A DNA stretch of 46,422 nt, taken from NCBI RefSeq assembly GCF_004010195.1, contig NC_057749.1, positions 17,545,843 through 17,592,264 on the forward strand, read 5' to 3'. The stretch's first letter is position 1. Every line of letters starts with the position of its first letter. The notes beneath the pieces are model-generated. The model had not been told where the DNA came from, ran no database searches, and saw only the letters and a list, made by a program, of their open reading frames with translations. The translations under genes were made by a program, and so were the position numbers. This DNA comes from Chiloscyllium plagiosum. Taxonomy: Eukaryota. Shown one piece after another: positions 32,110 through 44,533 of this stretch.

Positions 32110-33460
32110 ATGTACTGCAAGGAATTGTGGTGGCTACGTTGTTGGAGGGGATTCTGAGAGACAGGTGTTCGAAAAGGCAAGGACTGATTAGGGACAGTCA
32201 GCATGGCTTTGTGCGTGGGAAATTATGTCTCACAAACTTGACTGAGATTTTTGAGGAGGTGACAAAGAAGATTGATGAAGGAAGAGCGGTAGACATTGTC
32301 TATATTGACTTCAGTATGGTATTTGGCAAGGTTCTGCATGGTAGACTGGTTAGCAAGGTTAGATCACATGGAATCCAGGGAGAGCTAGCCAATTGGATTC
32401 AAAATTGGCTTGAAGTTAGGAGGCAGAGGATGGTGGTAGTGGGTTGTTTTCTGTACTGGAGGCCTGTGACCAGCGGTGTGCTGCAAGGCTCAGTGCTGGG
32501 TCCACTGCCTTGTGTCATTTAAGTAAATGATTTGGATGTAAATATAGGAGATATGGTTAGTAAGTTTGCAGATGACAACATAATTGGTGATGTAGTGGAC
32601 AGTGAAGAAGGTCACCTCAGAGCAAATTGGGACCTTGATCAGATGGGCCAAGGAGTGGCAGATGGTATTTAATGTGGATAAATGTGAGGTGTTGCAGTTT
32701 GATAAGGCAAACAGGGACAGGATTTATACAGTAAATAGTAGGCCTCTGGAGACTGTTGCCATACAAAGATACATAGGAGTACAGGTGCAGAGATCCTTGA
32801 AAGTGGAGTCTCAGGTAGACAGGATAGTGAAGAGGTCATTTGGCTTGCTTACTTTCATTGTCAGTGAATTGAGTGTAGGAGTTAGGAGATTATGTTGCAC
32901 TGTGCATGACATTGATTAGGCTGCTTTTAGAATACTGCGTTCAATTCTGGGCTTTCTGCTCGAGGAAAGATGTTGTTAAACCTGAATCTGTCAGAAAAGA
33001 TTCACAAAGATGTTGCCGGAATTGGAGGGTTTGACTTAAACGGAAAGACTGAGTAGGCTGGGACTATTTTTCCCTGGACCGTGGGAAGCTGAGGGGAGAC
33101 CTTATAGAAGTTTATAAAATCATGGATGGGGTGAAAGGACAAGGTCTTTTTTCCAAAGTAGAGGAGTCCAAAACTAGAGGGCGTTGGTTTAGGGTGAGTG
33201 GAGCAAAATTTAAAAGGGACCTAAGGGGCAACATTTTCACGCAGAGGGTGGTAAGTTATGGAATGAGCTGCCAGAGGGAGTGGTGGAGGCTGGTACAATT
33301 GCAACACTTTAAAGGCAATTAGATGGGTATATGAATAGGAAGGGTTTAGAGGGATACGGGCCAAATGCTGACAAATGGGACTAGATTAATTTAGGATATC
33401 TGGTCAGCATATCTGGACCGAAGGGTCTGTTTCTGTGCTGTATAGCTCTATGACTCCATG
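32110..33460 (+). mobile_element. 5'-truncated CR1 (RT domain to 3' tail)
   Basis: QHGFVRGKLCLTNL, VDIVYIDFS, SGVLQGSVLGP, SKFADD (about 32560-32577), NVDKCEVL, CR1 tail. Confidence 0.92.
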
Positions 33461-34950
33461 TCTCTCTGAATTCATTCTTTCCCAGGAGGTCAAAACTGTC
33501 CCAGTCAAGCATCACAATCTCGAACCATCAACAGTGATGATGCCCTGCATCATAAGCTTTGGCCCTGTTTAGTTTCTTGGTGTTGCTAGGATAGCTGTTA
33601 GTGCAACTACACTTGGTCAAACATAATGGCGAAGAGCTTAGACAGCTGGTACGGGTACATGTGCTCCCCCTGAGAATTAGAGTGAGGATCTCTCAACACA
33701 GCCTGAAGTAACCAGTTGTAGCGAGGAACAACCATTTAATACATGCTCTTACCAATATAGGCAGCAGTACAATGGCTTCTTAATGTAAATAACATGACAA
33801 CATGGCTTCTCGGCTGCAAATTAAAATGCATAAAATGGCTTTTAATCCTGCTAAGTTTGAACCAACAAGATTAACAGACAATGCCTCCTTTACAGTGTGG
33901 AAATAACTAGACTAGATAAGACATTACTAACCATCCTAACTTGCAAATGCAGGTGCAGAGACAAGGTTCGCGAGATAGAAGTACTTGGATGTTGGAAAAC
34001 GAGTTTGGTTCCCAGGAAATATCATTGGGCTAAGTTGCTGTCAATAAAGTCATTTCATTAAAATTGATTGTTAGTTGTTTGAATGTGCTCTGTGATTATG
34101 GCCTGTACTTACCTCAAAAAAAGTATAAAAATGTCTTTGTCTTAAACCATGTGTGCAGTTTCTCTGAGGAACACGGAAGTTTTTAACCCCTGTGTTACTG
34201 GAGATTGAATGAAGTGTGAAATCTTATGGAACCAGACCGAAATGCTAGACCGGGGGTGGGGGTGGGTGGGGGTTCCAGTTCTCCCAGAGGACGACTCTCT
34301 GTCTCCATCTACAGACTGTGCATTACATCAGTAAAATGGGTGGAGCCAATGTATCATGAACATTAACTCCTTCAAAACCAGTGGGTTATCCAACAGTCAT
34401 GTGCAGACGAAAGCTTCCAGGCACACCAAGGGTTAGGATGTTCGGTGAAACAGCCAGTGCAGTGACCATAGAAATATGTCTCAGGGAGGGAGATGCAGCC
34501 CGGGTCAGGATTGCAGGTGTAACTCACCACAGCCTGGTATATTAAATGGAATAAAAATGAACATCTCTTGTGCTGATTGCTAATGAGCGTGTTTAGTTGT
34601 TCCTGAGTGCAGACTGAGAGAGTGGGTGTCCTGTGATGATAACGTAAGGCTCGGCCTCCTATAGTCAGCTGAGAGCTTTCTCGTTTTCCCTTTACCTTTA
34701 ACGTTGAGATGGTCCTCACTAGACAGGCTATCTGCTGGAATTCTCAGTCCTATTATGTTCACAGAAAAACATGGCTGTGAATTATTGTGAATTAAAAAAG
34801 CAACTAAATGTGTAGCACTGGAAAGTGAGAATGAAAAAAACTGATACTTTGCTTTTTGTGCTAATAAATCAACTCGAACAGGAAAGTATAAGTCCCAGGC
34901 TCTGTGCTGTTACATGATTTCAACTGGGAGATAAATTGAGTGAAAATTGA

Positions 34951-35045
34951 CGTTGAAACTTTATTGCTGGAACAGCACAGCAGGTCAGGCAGCATCCAGG
35001 GAACAGGAGATTCGACGTTTCGGGCACAGGCCCTTCTTCAGGAAC
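34951..35045 (-). mobile_element. Penelope pLTR fragment with intact hammerhead motif
   Basis: Nearly identical reverse complement of 27969-28062; minus strand UUC-CUGAAGA-A-GGGC cugu GCCC-GAAA-CGUC-GAA. Confidence 0.88.
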
Positions 35046-35159
35046 CTCAGTCCCCTTGGATTAGGAGGAGGAACGAAATGAGCCAGAGGGTCCTCTCCTG
35101 ATCATTATCCAAATATAATGCTGAGATCACCACACCAGGGGAAGATTCTGATCCAGAGT

Positions 35160-35336
35160 GTGGAGATGTCAGTGTCGGACTGGGGTGGACAAGGTCAGAA
35201 TCACACCACCCCAGGTTCTAGTCCGACAGGTTTATTTGAAACCACAAGGTGAACCTGATGAAGGAGCAGCGCTCCGAAAGCTTGTGATTTCACATTAGCC
35301 TGTTGGACTACAACCTGGTGTGGTGTGACTTCTGAT
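35160..35336. mobile_element. Fold-back Penelope-derived mini-element (AGCU family variant)
   Basis: Arms about 35194-35248 / 35281-35336; core CTGATGA(35255-35261)-aggagcagcgctcc-GAAA-gctt. Confidence 0.85.
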
Positions 35337-35369
35337 GTAATCCAGAAGAAAGTGAACAAAACTTTCGAC

Positions 35370-35660
35370 TGATTCTCCCAAGTAAGGGAGTGCTGCACTG
35401 TCAGTGGATGTGACCTTTCACATAATGTATCAAACTGAATTTTAATTTGCCTTCTGAGGTGCATGTGAAAGATCCCAAGGTGATAATTCTAAGAAAGGCA
35501 GGGGCTGTTCTCCCTAGGGCCGTGGTCAATGCCTTTAACCAATGTGATCGCGAGAGGGCATTATCGCACTGCTGTTTGCAGGCACTTGATTGGTTACAAA
35601 GTGCTTTGAGATTCTGGGGATGGTGGAAAATGCAACAGAAATGCAAGTTAAGCCTGTCTT
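35370..35660 (+). mobile_element. Decayed Deu-domain SINE (SacSINE1/AmnSINE1-related)
   Basis: gggagtgctgcactgtcag..aaagatcccaagg..gcaggggctgttctccc..cattatcgcactgctgtttg..aaagtgctttgag..aaatgcaagt follows the DeuSINE consensus as I recall it. Confidence 0.7.
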
Positions 35661-36229
35661 TTGTTATGTTTCTCAAGAATTTGATGAAATGAGCTCACAT
35701 GGCATCAGTAAGAAAGGTAATGGCTCATGAAATGATTAATAAAGTGATCCAGCAGGGATCTTTAGATTTGATTATTGATTACAGCAATCAGATCCTGTGT
35801 GTATGAGCGAGACAGAGTTAAATTGCTGTCGCTGAGATGATAGGCAAGTCAATTGCAGTCCTCGGGCAGTATGTAGTTACACCTCATGCAAAGTGATTTC
35901 AAAGAAAAGTACTCATTAATGAAATTAATTTTCTTAATTTTTAATTCAATTTCATGAGAATCCAGTTAACTGGCAGTTTATAGCAAAATAATTACAAATG
36001 GATTAGGATCAGGAGGAGGCCATTTGGCCCCTTGCGCCTGCTACCTCATCAGTAAGATGTACCTGATTACTCCACATTCTCAGTTACCCCTGCAATAACC
36101 TTTCACCTCCCCCCTTGCTTTTCAGGAATATCACCACCCTGTCTGAAAGGCATCCAGACTCTGACTCCACCAATGAAAAATTAATGTAGTGAGACCTAAT
36201 TCTTCTGAATGTCTCTACCTTGCAGCCAT

Positions 36230-37200
36230 CCCATATTTGCAAAGGGATATAGAAAGTTTAAGTGAGAGTGGAAAATTTTGGCCGATGGTGTAAGATGTGG
36301 GAAAATATGTACTTGCCATCTTCAGCAGGAAGAACAAAAGAACCTCTTTTGATTTAATATAGAACTCCTGGGCACAGATCTGAGTGTCCCAGTATGTGTT
36401 GGGCAGGAGCAGTAACTGATTGGGAGGGTAAATGGAATATTGTGTTTATTGCAAGGGGAGAGGAATATAGAAATGGGATGTTTTTACTGCAGCTGTGCAG
36501 AGTGTTGTTGAATCCTCAGCTAGAGTACTGTGTATAGTTTTGGTGTCGTTTTTTGAATGTGGATGTAATTGTATTTAATACAGTTCAGAGAAAGTTCATT
36601 TGACTGATTCCTGGGATGGAAGTTTTATCCTATAGTCAAAGTTTGGTCAGGTGAGTCTTTATCTCCTGGAGTTTGGATGAATGAGAGGGGATGGTGTCCA
36701 GGAAGGTGTTGGTTAGGTAGGTTAGCCATGGGAAATGCAGGGTCACAGGGATAACGTAGGGGTGGGAGTCTGGGTGGGATGCTCTTGGGAGTGTCAGTGT
36801 GGACTTTTTGGGCTGAATGGCCTGTTTCCACATCCGATCCTGAGGGGGCTTGACAAGATGGTTGCTGAGAGGATGTTTCCTCTTGTGGGAGAATCTGAAA
36901 CTAGGGGCAACGGTTTAAAAATAAGGGGTCTTGTATTTAAGACTGAAATCAGGAGTGTTTTCTTTCTCTGTCTGAGGGTAGTGAAGTTGTGGAATTCTCT
37001 TCCCCAGAGAGGCTGGGGCATTTAACATACTCAAGGCTGAGTTAGATAGGTATTTGATTGATTAAGGAATAAATGTGTAGAGGGCATTGAGATGAAAGCT
37101 TAGTTAATGCTGCAGTCAAATCAGCCATGATCTTGTCTCATAACGGAGCGGGCTCCTGGCCAAGTGGCCTATTCCTGCTTCTAATTGTGGGCTTCTATTT
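36230..37200 (+). mobile_element. Old CR1 3' half with a partial HE1 insert (about 36710-36832)
   Basis: LEYCV-like 36520; ILRGLDKMVAERMFPLVGESETRG..LWNSLPQ; HE1 tail gggctgaatggcctgtttccaca. Confidence 0.8.
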
Positions 37201-37346
37201 CTAAGAACATAAGAAGTAGGAGGCAAATGCCCATTGAGAGCCTGTTCTACCAAAAGATCATGAATGTTATTCTCAACTTCACAATCCCACCCCCTTCCCA
37301 TGTGCCCCTATTCCCTTAGTGTCTTACTGGCCTCGGTCTTAAATAT

Positions 37347-39394
37347 TATAGAACATAGAACATTACAGCGCAGTACAGGCCCTTCGGCCCTCGACGTTGC
37401 GCCGCCCTCTCATACCAATCTAAAGCCCATCCCACCTACACTATTCCATGTACGACCATATGCCTGTCCAATGACGACTTAAATGTACTTAAAGTTGGCG
37501 AATCTACTACTGTTCTAGGCAAAGCATTCCATACCCTTACTACTCTCTGAGTAAAGAAACTACCTCTGACATCTGTCCTATATCTATCACCCCTCAATTT
37601 AAAGCTATGCCCCCTTGTGCTCGCCGTAACCATTCTTGGAAAAAGGCTCTCCCTGTCCACCTTATCTAACCCTCTGATTAGCTTATAAGTCTCTATTAAG
37701 TCACCTCTCAACCTTCTCTCTAACGAAAACAGCCTTAAGTTCCTCAGCCTTTCCTCATATGACCTTCCCTCCATACCTCCTCGTAGATCTCCTCTGCACC
37801 CTTTCCAAAGCTTCCACATCCTTCTTATAATACGGTGACCAGAACTGTACACAATACTCCAAGTGCGGCCGCACCAGAGTTTTGTACAGCTGCAGCATAA
37901 CCTCATGGTTCCGGAACTGAATCCCTCTATTAATAAAAGCTAAAACACTGTATGCCTTCTTAACAACCCTGTCAACCTGGGTGGCAACTTTCAAGGATCT
38001 GTGTAACTGAACATGGAAATCTCTCTGCTCATCTACACGACCAAGAATCTTACCATTAGCCCAGTACTTTGCATTCCGGTTACTCCGATCAAAGTGAATC
38101 ACCTCACACTTGTCCACATTAAACTCCATTTGCCACCTCTCAGCCCAGCTCTGCAGCTTATCTATGTGTCTCTGTANNNNNNNNNNNNNNNNNNNNNNNN
38201 NNNNNNNNNNNNNNNNNNNNNNNNNNNNNNNNNNNNNNNNNNNNNNNNNNNNNNNNNNNNNNNNNNNNNNNNNNNNNNNNNNNNNNNNNNNNNNNNNNNN
38301 NNNNNNNNNNNNNNNNNNNNNNNNNNNNNNNNNNNNNNNNNNNNNNNNNNNNNNNNNNNNNNNNNNNNNNNNNNNNNNNNNNNNNNNNNNNNNNNNNNNN
38401 NNNNNNNNNNNNNNNNNNNNNNNNNNNNNNNNNNNNNNNNNNNNNNNNNNNNNNNNNNNNNNNNNNNNNNNNNNNNNNNNNNNNNNNNNNNNNNNNNNNN
38501 NNNNNNNNNNNNNNNNNNNNNNNNNNNNNNNNNNNNNNNNNNNNNNNNNNNNNNNNNNNNNNNNNNNNNNNNNNNNNNNNNNNNNNNNNNNNNNNNNNNN
38601 NNNNNNNNNNNNNNNNNNNNNNNNNNNNNNATAACATTGTCGTTTTCTAGAGTGAATACTGTTGAAAAGTATTTATTTAGTGCTTCCCCTATCTCCTCTG
38701 ACTCCACACACAACTTCCCACTACTATCCTTGATTGGCCCTAATCTTACTCTCATCATTCTTTTATTCCTTAAATACCTATAGAAAGCCTTAGTGTTTAC
38801 CCTGATCCTATACGCCAACAACTTCTCCTCTTGGCTCTTCTGAGCTCTCTCTTTAGGTCTTTCCTGGCTACCTTGTAACCCTCAAGCGCCCTAACTGAGC
38901 CCTCACATCTCATCCTAATATAAGCCTTCTTCTTCCTCTTGACCAGAGATTCCACTTCCTTCGTAAACCACGGCTCCCGCGCTCTACAGCTTCCTCCTTG
39001 CCTGACAGGTACATACTTATCTAGGACACACAGGAACTTTTCCTTGAATAAGTTTCACATTTCTAATGTGCCTATCCCCTGCAGTTTCCTTCCCCATCCT
39101 ATGCTTCCTAAATCTTGCCTAATCGCATCATAATTGCCTTTCCCCCAGCTGTAACTCTTGCCCAGTGGTATATACCTATCCCTTTCTATCACTAAAGTGC
39201 TCACCTACTTCCAAGTCTAACACCTGGCCGGGCTCATTACCCAGTACCAAATCTAATGTGGCTTCGCCCCTTGTTGGCCTGTCTACATACTGTGTCAGGA
39301 AGCCCTCCTGCACACACTGGACAAAAACTGACCCATCTATAGTACTCGTAGTATAGTGTTCCCAGTCAATATTTGGAAAGTTGAAGTCCCCCAT
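37347..39394 (-). mobile_element. Relatively young CR1 spanning an assembly gap
   Basis: [68 protein letters not shown]; tail tagaacatagaaca; many CpGs retained. Confidence 0.93.
38177..38630. other. Assembly gap (454 N)
   Basis: Run of N. Confidence 1.
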
Positions 39395-39649
39395 CTTCCA
39401 TGTCCTTTTCCATATAGAAAACTCCCAACAGGGTGACCTCTCCTTTCCTGTTTCTGTGACTGAGGAGTTCGTCCACCCCTGTAACGGAGTATCTCAAAGA
39501 TCCCCTGCCCTTTGAGTGAAGGAACTCCTTCCCATCTCTGTCTTGATTGGCTGACCCGTTATCATGATACTGTGCCCCCTTTGTTCCTCACAGCCCAGTC
39601 CAGGAGAAGCAGCTTCTCAATATCCGTCATGTCGGGAGCATTGGAGGCG

Positions 39650-39985
39650 GGGGGAGTTTATAAAATCAGGAGGGGCATGGATACGGGAAATAGTCAAGGT
39701 TTTTTCACCAGGGTAGGGGAAGTCCAAAACGGCATAGGTGTAGGGTGAGAGGGGAAAAATTTAAAAGGGACTAAGGGGCAACTTTTTCATGCAGAGGATG
39801 GTGCGTGCATGGAATGAACAGCCAGAAGAAATTATGGAGGCTAGTACAATTACAACAATTAAAACACATCTCTTTGGGTTTAGAGGGATATGCTGGCAAA
39901 TGGGGCTAGATTAATTTAGGATATCTGGTCGGCATGGACAAGTTGGACCGAAGGGTCTGTTTCCATGCTGTATAACTCCATGACT
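39650..39985 (+). mobile_element. CR1 3' end
   Basis: VYKIRRGMD..; tail ggaccgaagggtctgtttccatgctgta. Confidence 0.85.
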
Positions 39986-40249
39986 GTCTCCAGCCCTCTG
40001 TAGAATTGAACACACTTCAATCTGTATGCCTCTCATTCTTCTAAACTCCAGAGATTATAGGCCCATTCAACTCAATCTGTCCATTAGACTGTATTCCCAG
40101 GAGTCAATTTATAGCATGTTTTCCTTCCTCTGTATCTCTCTCCTGCTCTGTCTGTATTTAATTGACACCTTTTATTCAGGAGTATGAAGGGAGACAATGT
40201 GAACTATGCCACATGATTTCAAAAGGGATCAGGATCAGAGTTGGTGAAG

Positions 40250-40858
40250 TGTTGTACATACACACACCTTTGAAGGTGACCGGATGCTTTGAAAAGCCTC
40301 TAAATTAAATATTTGAGATTTTTGTCTTTATCAATAAGTTACAACATTTTGTAAAGCATGGTTAGTGCGTTCAGGTAGAGAATTGTGTTTCCGTCTGAGA
40401 GTGGATTTCAACACCCTGGAAAAATTAAAGAAGAGTTTTACCAGAATGGCATCAGGATGAGAGGCTGCCGTTCTGTGGAGAGTCTGCAGGAGCAGGAGCA
40501 TTCTCTTTAGGTGAAAGAAGGTTAAGTGGAGGATTGATAGCACTAATAGAATCATGAATGGTTTTGTTAGAGTAAATAAAGAGGTGCTGTATCCAGTGGG
40601 AGGATGATTGGTTAACAGCAGTCACAGGTTTAGGGTGAAAAGACTAGATGTGATATGAGAAGATGTTCTTTTCCCCACCGTGGGCTATTGTTGTCTGGGG
40701 AGGAGGGAAAACAGGCACAACATTCAAAACAGAATTGAATAAACACTTGAAAGATAAAAATTTGTAGGAATTCAAACTGGATGAGTCTGGCACTGACCTG
40801 ATGTAGACTTGATGAGCCAAATCGCCTACTTCTGTACTATCCAATTCTGTGATTCTCT
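40250..40858 (+). mobile_element. Very old CR1 3' remnant
   Basis: Faint LGVHVH..LKV, RRFTRM and RLRGDLI-like segments and a decayed tail gagccaaatcgcctacttctgtact. Confidence 0.55.
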
Positions 40859-40971
40859 GAACCACGTTTTCACTTTTTTTTCCTCTGTTTCACAGGACTG
40901 TACCTGAAGCAGTGTGTGCCTTTCACTGTCCCTCTATTTACAAATGTATTTTTCTCTCATGCTTTGATCAC

Positions 40972-41530
40972 AGAAACATAGAAGACAGGGCAGGTGGAGG
41001 CCATTCAGCCCTTTGAGCCTGCTCTGCCATTCATCACCATCATGGCCGACTGTTCAACTCAATGGCTGAATTCTGCTTTCTCCCCATAACCTTTGGTCCC
41101 ATTCACCTCAAAGTGCTATATTTAGCTGCCTCTTGAATACATTCCATATTTTGGCATCAACTCCTTCCTGTGATAATGAATTCCACAGGCTCACCCCTCT
41201 TTGGGTGAAGAAATGTCTCCTCATCTCCATCCTAAATGGTCTACCCCAAATCCTCAGACTATGGCCCCTGGTGCTGGGTGTACCCACTATCGGGAACATC
41301 ATCCCTATATCTACCCTGTCTAGTGCTGTTAGAATGTTATAAGTCTCTATAGATTCCCCCCTGACACGTCTGAACTCCTGTGAAAATAATCCTAACCTAT
41401 TCATTCTCTCCTTGCAAGTCAGTCCCGCCTTTCCTGGAATCATCCTGAGAAACCTTCACTGCACTCCCTCAAAGACAAGAGCATCCTTCTTCAGAAAAGG
41501 AAACCAGAACAGCACACAATATTCCAGGAG
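40972..41530 (-). mobile_element. CR1 3' end
   Basis: MIPGKAGL..RLGLFSQEFRRVRG..TRGHSLRI..FFTQRGVSLWNSL. Confidence 0.88.
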
Positions 41531-41564
41531 ATCTTGAGACTCTGTCGCGTGAAGGAGGTGATAC

Positions 41565-41810
41565 CAGGTCAGAGGGTCGTGAATCTGTGGAATTCTTTAT
41601 TGCAGGGGGCGGTCGAAGCTGGTTTAGAACTATATTCAAGACTGAGACAGACAAATATTTGTAATTAGTGAGGGAAACAGGGCTTATGAGGAAAAGGTAG
41701 GGAAGTGGAATTAAGGATGATCAGATTAGCTGTGACCTCATTGAATAATGGAGTAGACTCAATGGGCTGAATGGCCTACATCTACTCCTGTGTTTATACC
41801 CTTTTGATGT
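41565..41810 (+). mobile_element. CR1 3' tail fragment
   Basis: cagagggtcgtgaatctgtggaattct..gggctgaatggcctacatctactcct. Confidence 0.75.
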
Positions 41811-41899
41811 TCTGGCCACTATCTCATTTGCTTCTCTCTCCTATTATAATATTAAGGAATCTGAAGAGAATTCCTCACAAAGTCTGTTACTCCAATCAC

Positions 41900-42125
41900 T
41901 TTCCCTCACTCTTCCAACTCTCCAATGCCTTTCCACTTCTCAACAAAATCCTGGTGCTTCTTTTGGAATCCTTCAAATCTCACTCCACCCTGTCCCTGTG
42001 GGCCTCTCCAGTCAGAATTCCAGCATGTGCAATCTGTTCTGCCTGACCCTCCCAGTCCTTGCCTCCAGACCTCCTTGCCATCAATGGTGAGTGAAGCTTT
42101 TGACATCATTTGCCTGTGACCTGTA
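41900..42125 (+). mobile_element. Possible ancient L2 3' ORF remnant
   Basis: NKILVLLLESFK resembles the L2 FKILxLxFKxL motif; weak. Confidence 0.35.
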
Positions 42126-42159
42126 TTCTTTTATTAAACTAAGGAATTATATTTACATT

Positions 42160-42956
42160 AAGGACCAGAGGGTAACAAAGGGTAGAATAGGGCTCCTCAA
42201 AGATCAACTGGGAGAGAGTGAGGACTGCAGATGCTGGAGATCAGAGTCGAGGATGTGGTGCTGGAAAAGCACAGTCAGTCAGGCAGCATTCGAAGAGCCG
42301 GAGAATCGACGTTTCGGGCATAAGCTCTTCATCAGGAATGAGGCTCGTGTGAGACCTCATGATGAAGTGCTTATGCTCGAAACATCAAGTCTCCTGCTCC
42401 TTAATGCTGCCTGAATGACTGTGCTTTTCCAGCACCACACTCTCGCCCCCTCAAAGATCAGCAAGGCAGCTTTTATGTGAAGCTGCAGGAGATGTGGGAG
42501 ATACTAAACGAGTATTTTGCATCAATGTTTACTGCAGAGAAGGACATGGAAAGTATAGAATGTGTGGAAATAGATGGTGACATCTTGAAAAATGTCCATA
42601 TTACAGAGGAGGAAGTGCTGGATGTCTTGAAACATATAAAAGTGGATAAATCCCCAGGACCTGATCAGGTGTACCCTAGAACTCTGTGGGAAGCCAGGGA
42701 AGTGATTGCTGGGCCCCTTACTGAGATATTTGTATCCTCGATAGTCACAGGTGAGGTGCCGGAAGACAGGAAGTTGGCTCATGTGGTGCCACTGTTTAAG
42801 GAAGGTGGTAAGGACAAGCCAGGGAACTAGAGACCATTGAGCCTGACCTCGGTGGTGGGCAAGTTGTTGGAGGGAATCCTGAGGGACAGGATGTACATGT
42901 ATTTGGAAAGGCAAGGACTGATTCGGGATAGTCAACGTGGCTTTGTGCGTGGGAAA
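42160..42956 (+). mobile_element. CR1 ORF2 internal fragment
   Basis: RIGLLKDQ..ILNEYFASMFT..KSPGPDQVYPRTLWE..VVPLFKEGGKDKPGN. Confidence 0.9.
42209..42446. mobile_element. Fold-back Penelope-derived mini-element in CR1
   Basis: Arms about 42248-42333 / 42360-42445; TSD cctcaaagatca at 42195-42206 / 42449-42460. Confidence 0.9.
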
Positions 42957-43254
42957 TTAGATTAGATTCCCTACAGTATAGAAATAGGCCGTTGGGCCCA
43001 ACAAATTCACGCCGACCCTCCGAAGTGCAACTCACCCAGACCCATCTCCCTCTGACTAATGCACCTAACACTATGGGCAATTTAGCATGGCCAATTCACC
43101 TGACCTGAACATCTTTGGATTATGGGAAGAAACCGGAGCACCCGGAGGAAACCCACGCAGATACAGGGAGAACGTGCAAACTCCACCTGGGAATCGAACC
43201 TGGGACCCGGCAATGTGAGGCAGCAGTGCTAACCACTGAGCCACCGTGCCGCCC
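42957..43254 (-). mobile_element. HE1-type V-SINE
   Basis: Reverse complement of the HE1 head, V-domain and tail. Confidence 0.92.
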
Positions 43255-43339
43255 ACTAGAATGCGTTTTGAAAGATCTGAAGCCTGCAAATATTGGTATC
43301 TCGAGTCCAGTGCTGTTGTGTCACCATAGTCTTGATTAG

Positions 43340-43395
43340 ATTAGAGTGGTGATGGAAAAGCACAGCAGTTCACTGCTCCTCGGATGCTGCCTGAC
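43340..43395. mobile_element. Fold-back Penelope-derived fragment cut by a gap
   Basis: gagtggtgatggaaaagcacagcagttca joined to opposite-orientation ctgctcctcggatgctgcctgac. Confidence 0.7.
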
Positions 43396-43895
43396 NNNNN
43401 NNNNNNNNNNNNNNNNNNNNNNNNNNNNNNNNNNNNNNNNNNNNNNNNNNNNNNNNNNNNNNNNNNNNNNNNNNNNNNNNNNNNNNNNNNNNNNNNNNNN
43501 NNNNNNNNNNNNNNNNNNNNNNNNNNNNNNNNNNNNNNNNNNNNNNNNNNNNNNNNNNNNNNNNNNNNNNNNNNNNNNNNNNNNNNNNNNNNNNNNNNNN
43601 NNNNNNNNNNNNNNNNNNNNNNNNNNNNNNNNNNNNNNNNNNNNNNNNNNNNNNNNNNNNNNNNNNNNNNNNNNNNNNNNNNNNNNNNNNNNNNNNNNNN
43701 NNNNNNNNNNNNNNNNNNNNNNNNNNNNNNNNNNNNNNNNNNNNNNNNNNNNNNNNNNNNNNNNNNNNNNNNNNNNNNNNNNNNNNNNNNNNNNNNNNNN
43801 NNNNNNNNNNNNNNNNNNNNNNNNNNNNNNNNNNNNNNNNNNNNNNNNNNNNNNNNNNNNNNNNNNNNNNNNNNNNNNNNNNNNNNNNNNNNNNN
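43396..43895. other. Assembly gap (500 N)
   Basis: Run of N. Confidence 1.
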
Positions 43896-44112
43896 AACAT
43901 CGAGGAGGCTGAATTCAATAGCGCCCACAGTTAGGCACAGGGACTTTGATGCACACTGACCCTGCATCCATTCAAAGGAAGGCACACTGAATACTGCTGC
44001 CTGCTGGCTGTAATTATAGTGACAGGCAGCTGCTGGGGAGGAATCTAAATTATACCTGAGGCTAGTACCACTTCAGGCACTGACACCATTTGAAGACAGA
44101 AAGCAACCCTTT

Positions 44113-44431
44113 GGGCGGCACGGTGGCACAGTGGTTAGCACTGCTGCCTCACAGCGCCAGAGACCCGGGTTCAATTCCCGCCTCAGGCGACTGACTGTGT
44201 GGAGTTTGCACGTTCTCCCCGTGTCTGCGTGGGTTTCCTCCGGGTGCTCCGGTTTCCTCCCACAGTCACAAAGATGTGCAGGGTCAGGTGAATTGGCCAA
44301 ACTAAATTGCCCGTAGTGTTAGGTAAGGGATAAATGTAGGGCTATGGGTGGGTTTCGCTTCGGCGGGTCGGTGTGGACTTGTTGGGCCGAAGGGCCTGTT
44401 TCCACACTGTAATGTAATCTAATCTAATCTA
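44113..44431 (+). mobile_element. Young HE1-type V-SINE
   Basis: CpG-rich head with A and B boxes, V-domain, (taatc)n tail; TSD aaccctt at 44105-44111 / 44432-44438. Confidence 0.95.
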
Positions 44432-44533
44432 AACCCTTAAAGATTCTGGCTACACATCAAACTGCACAATGCTCTCAGTTCTCAGGGTTCATGCCTTTGA
44501 CCTTGTTGCAGGAGGTGGATCAGGCCAGATATA

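Noticed and set aside
38013..38821. Long ORFs containing X runs (also 43341-43985)
   Set aside because: Artefacts of reading through N gaps.
40868..40982. Strong acceptor-like ttttttttcctctgtttcacag and a possible exon
   Set aside because: No good donor or recognisable peptide follows, and the sequence runs into a CR1 tail.
44113..44185. tRNA gene
   Set aside because: The A/B-box head continues into the V-SINE body and CR1-like tail, so it is a SINE head; the same applies to the other HE1 copies.
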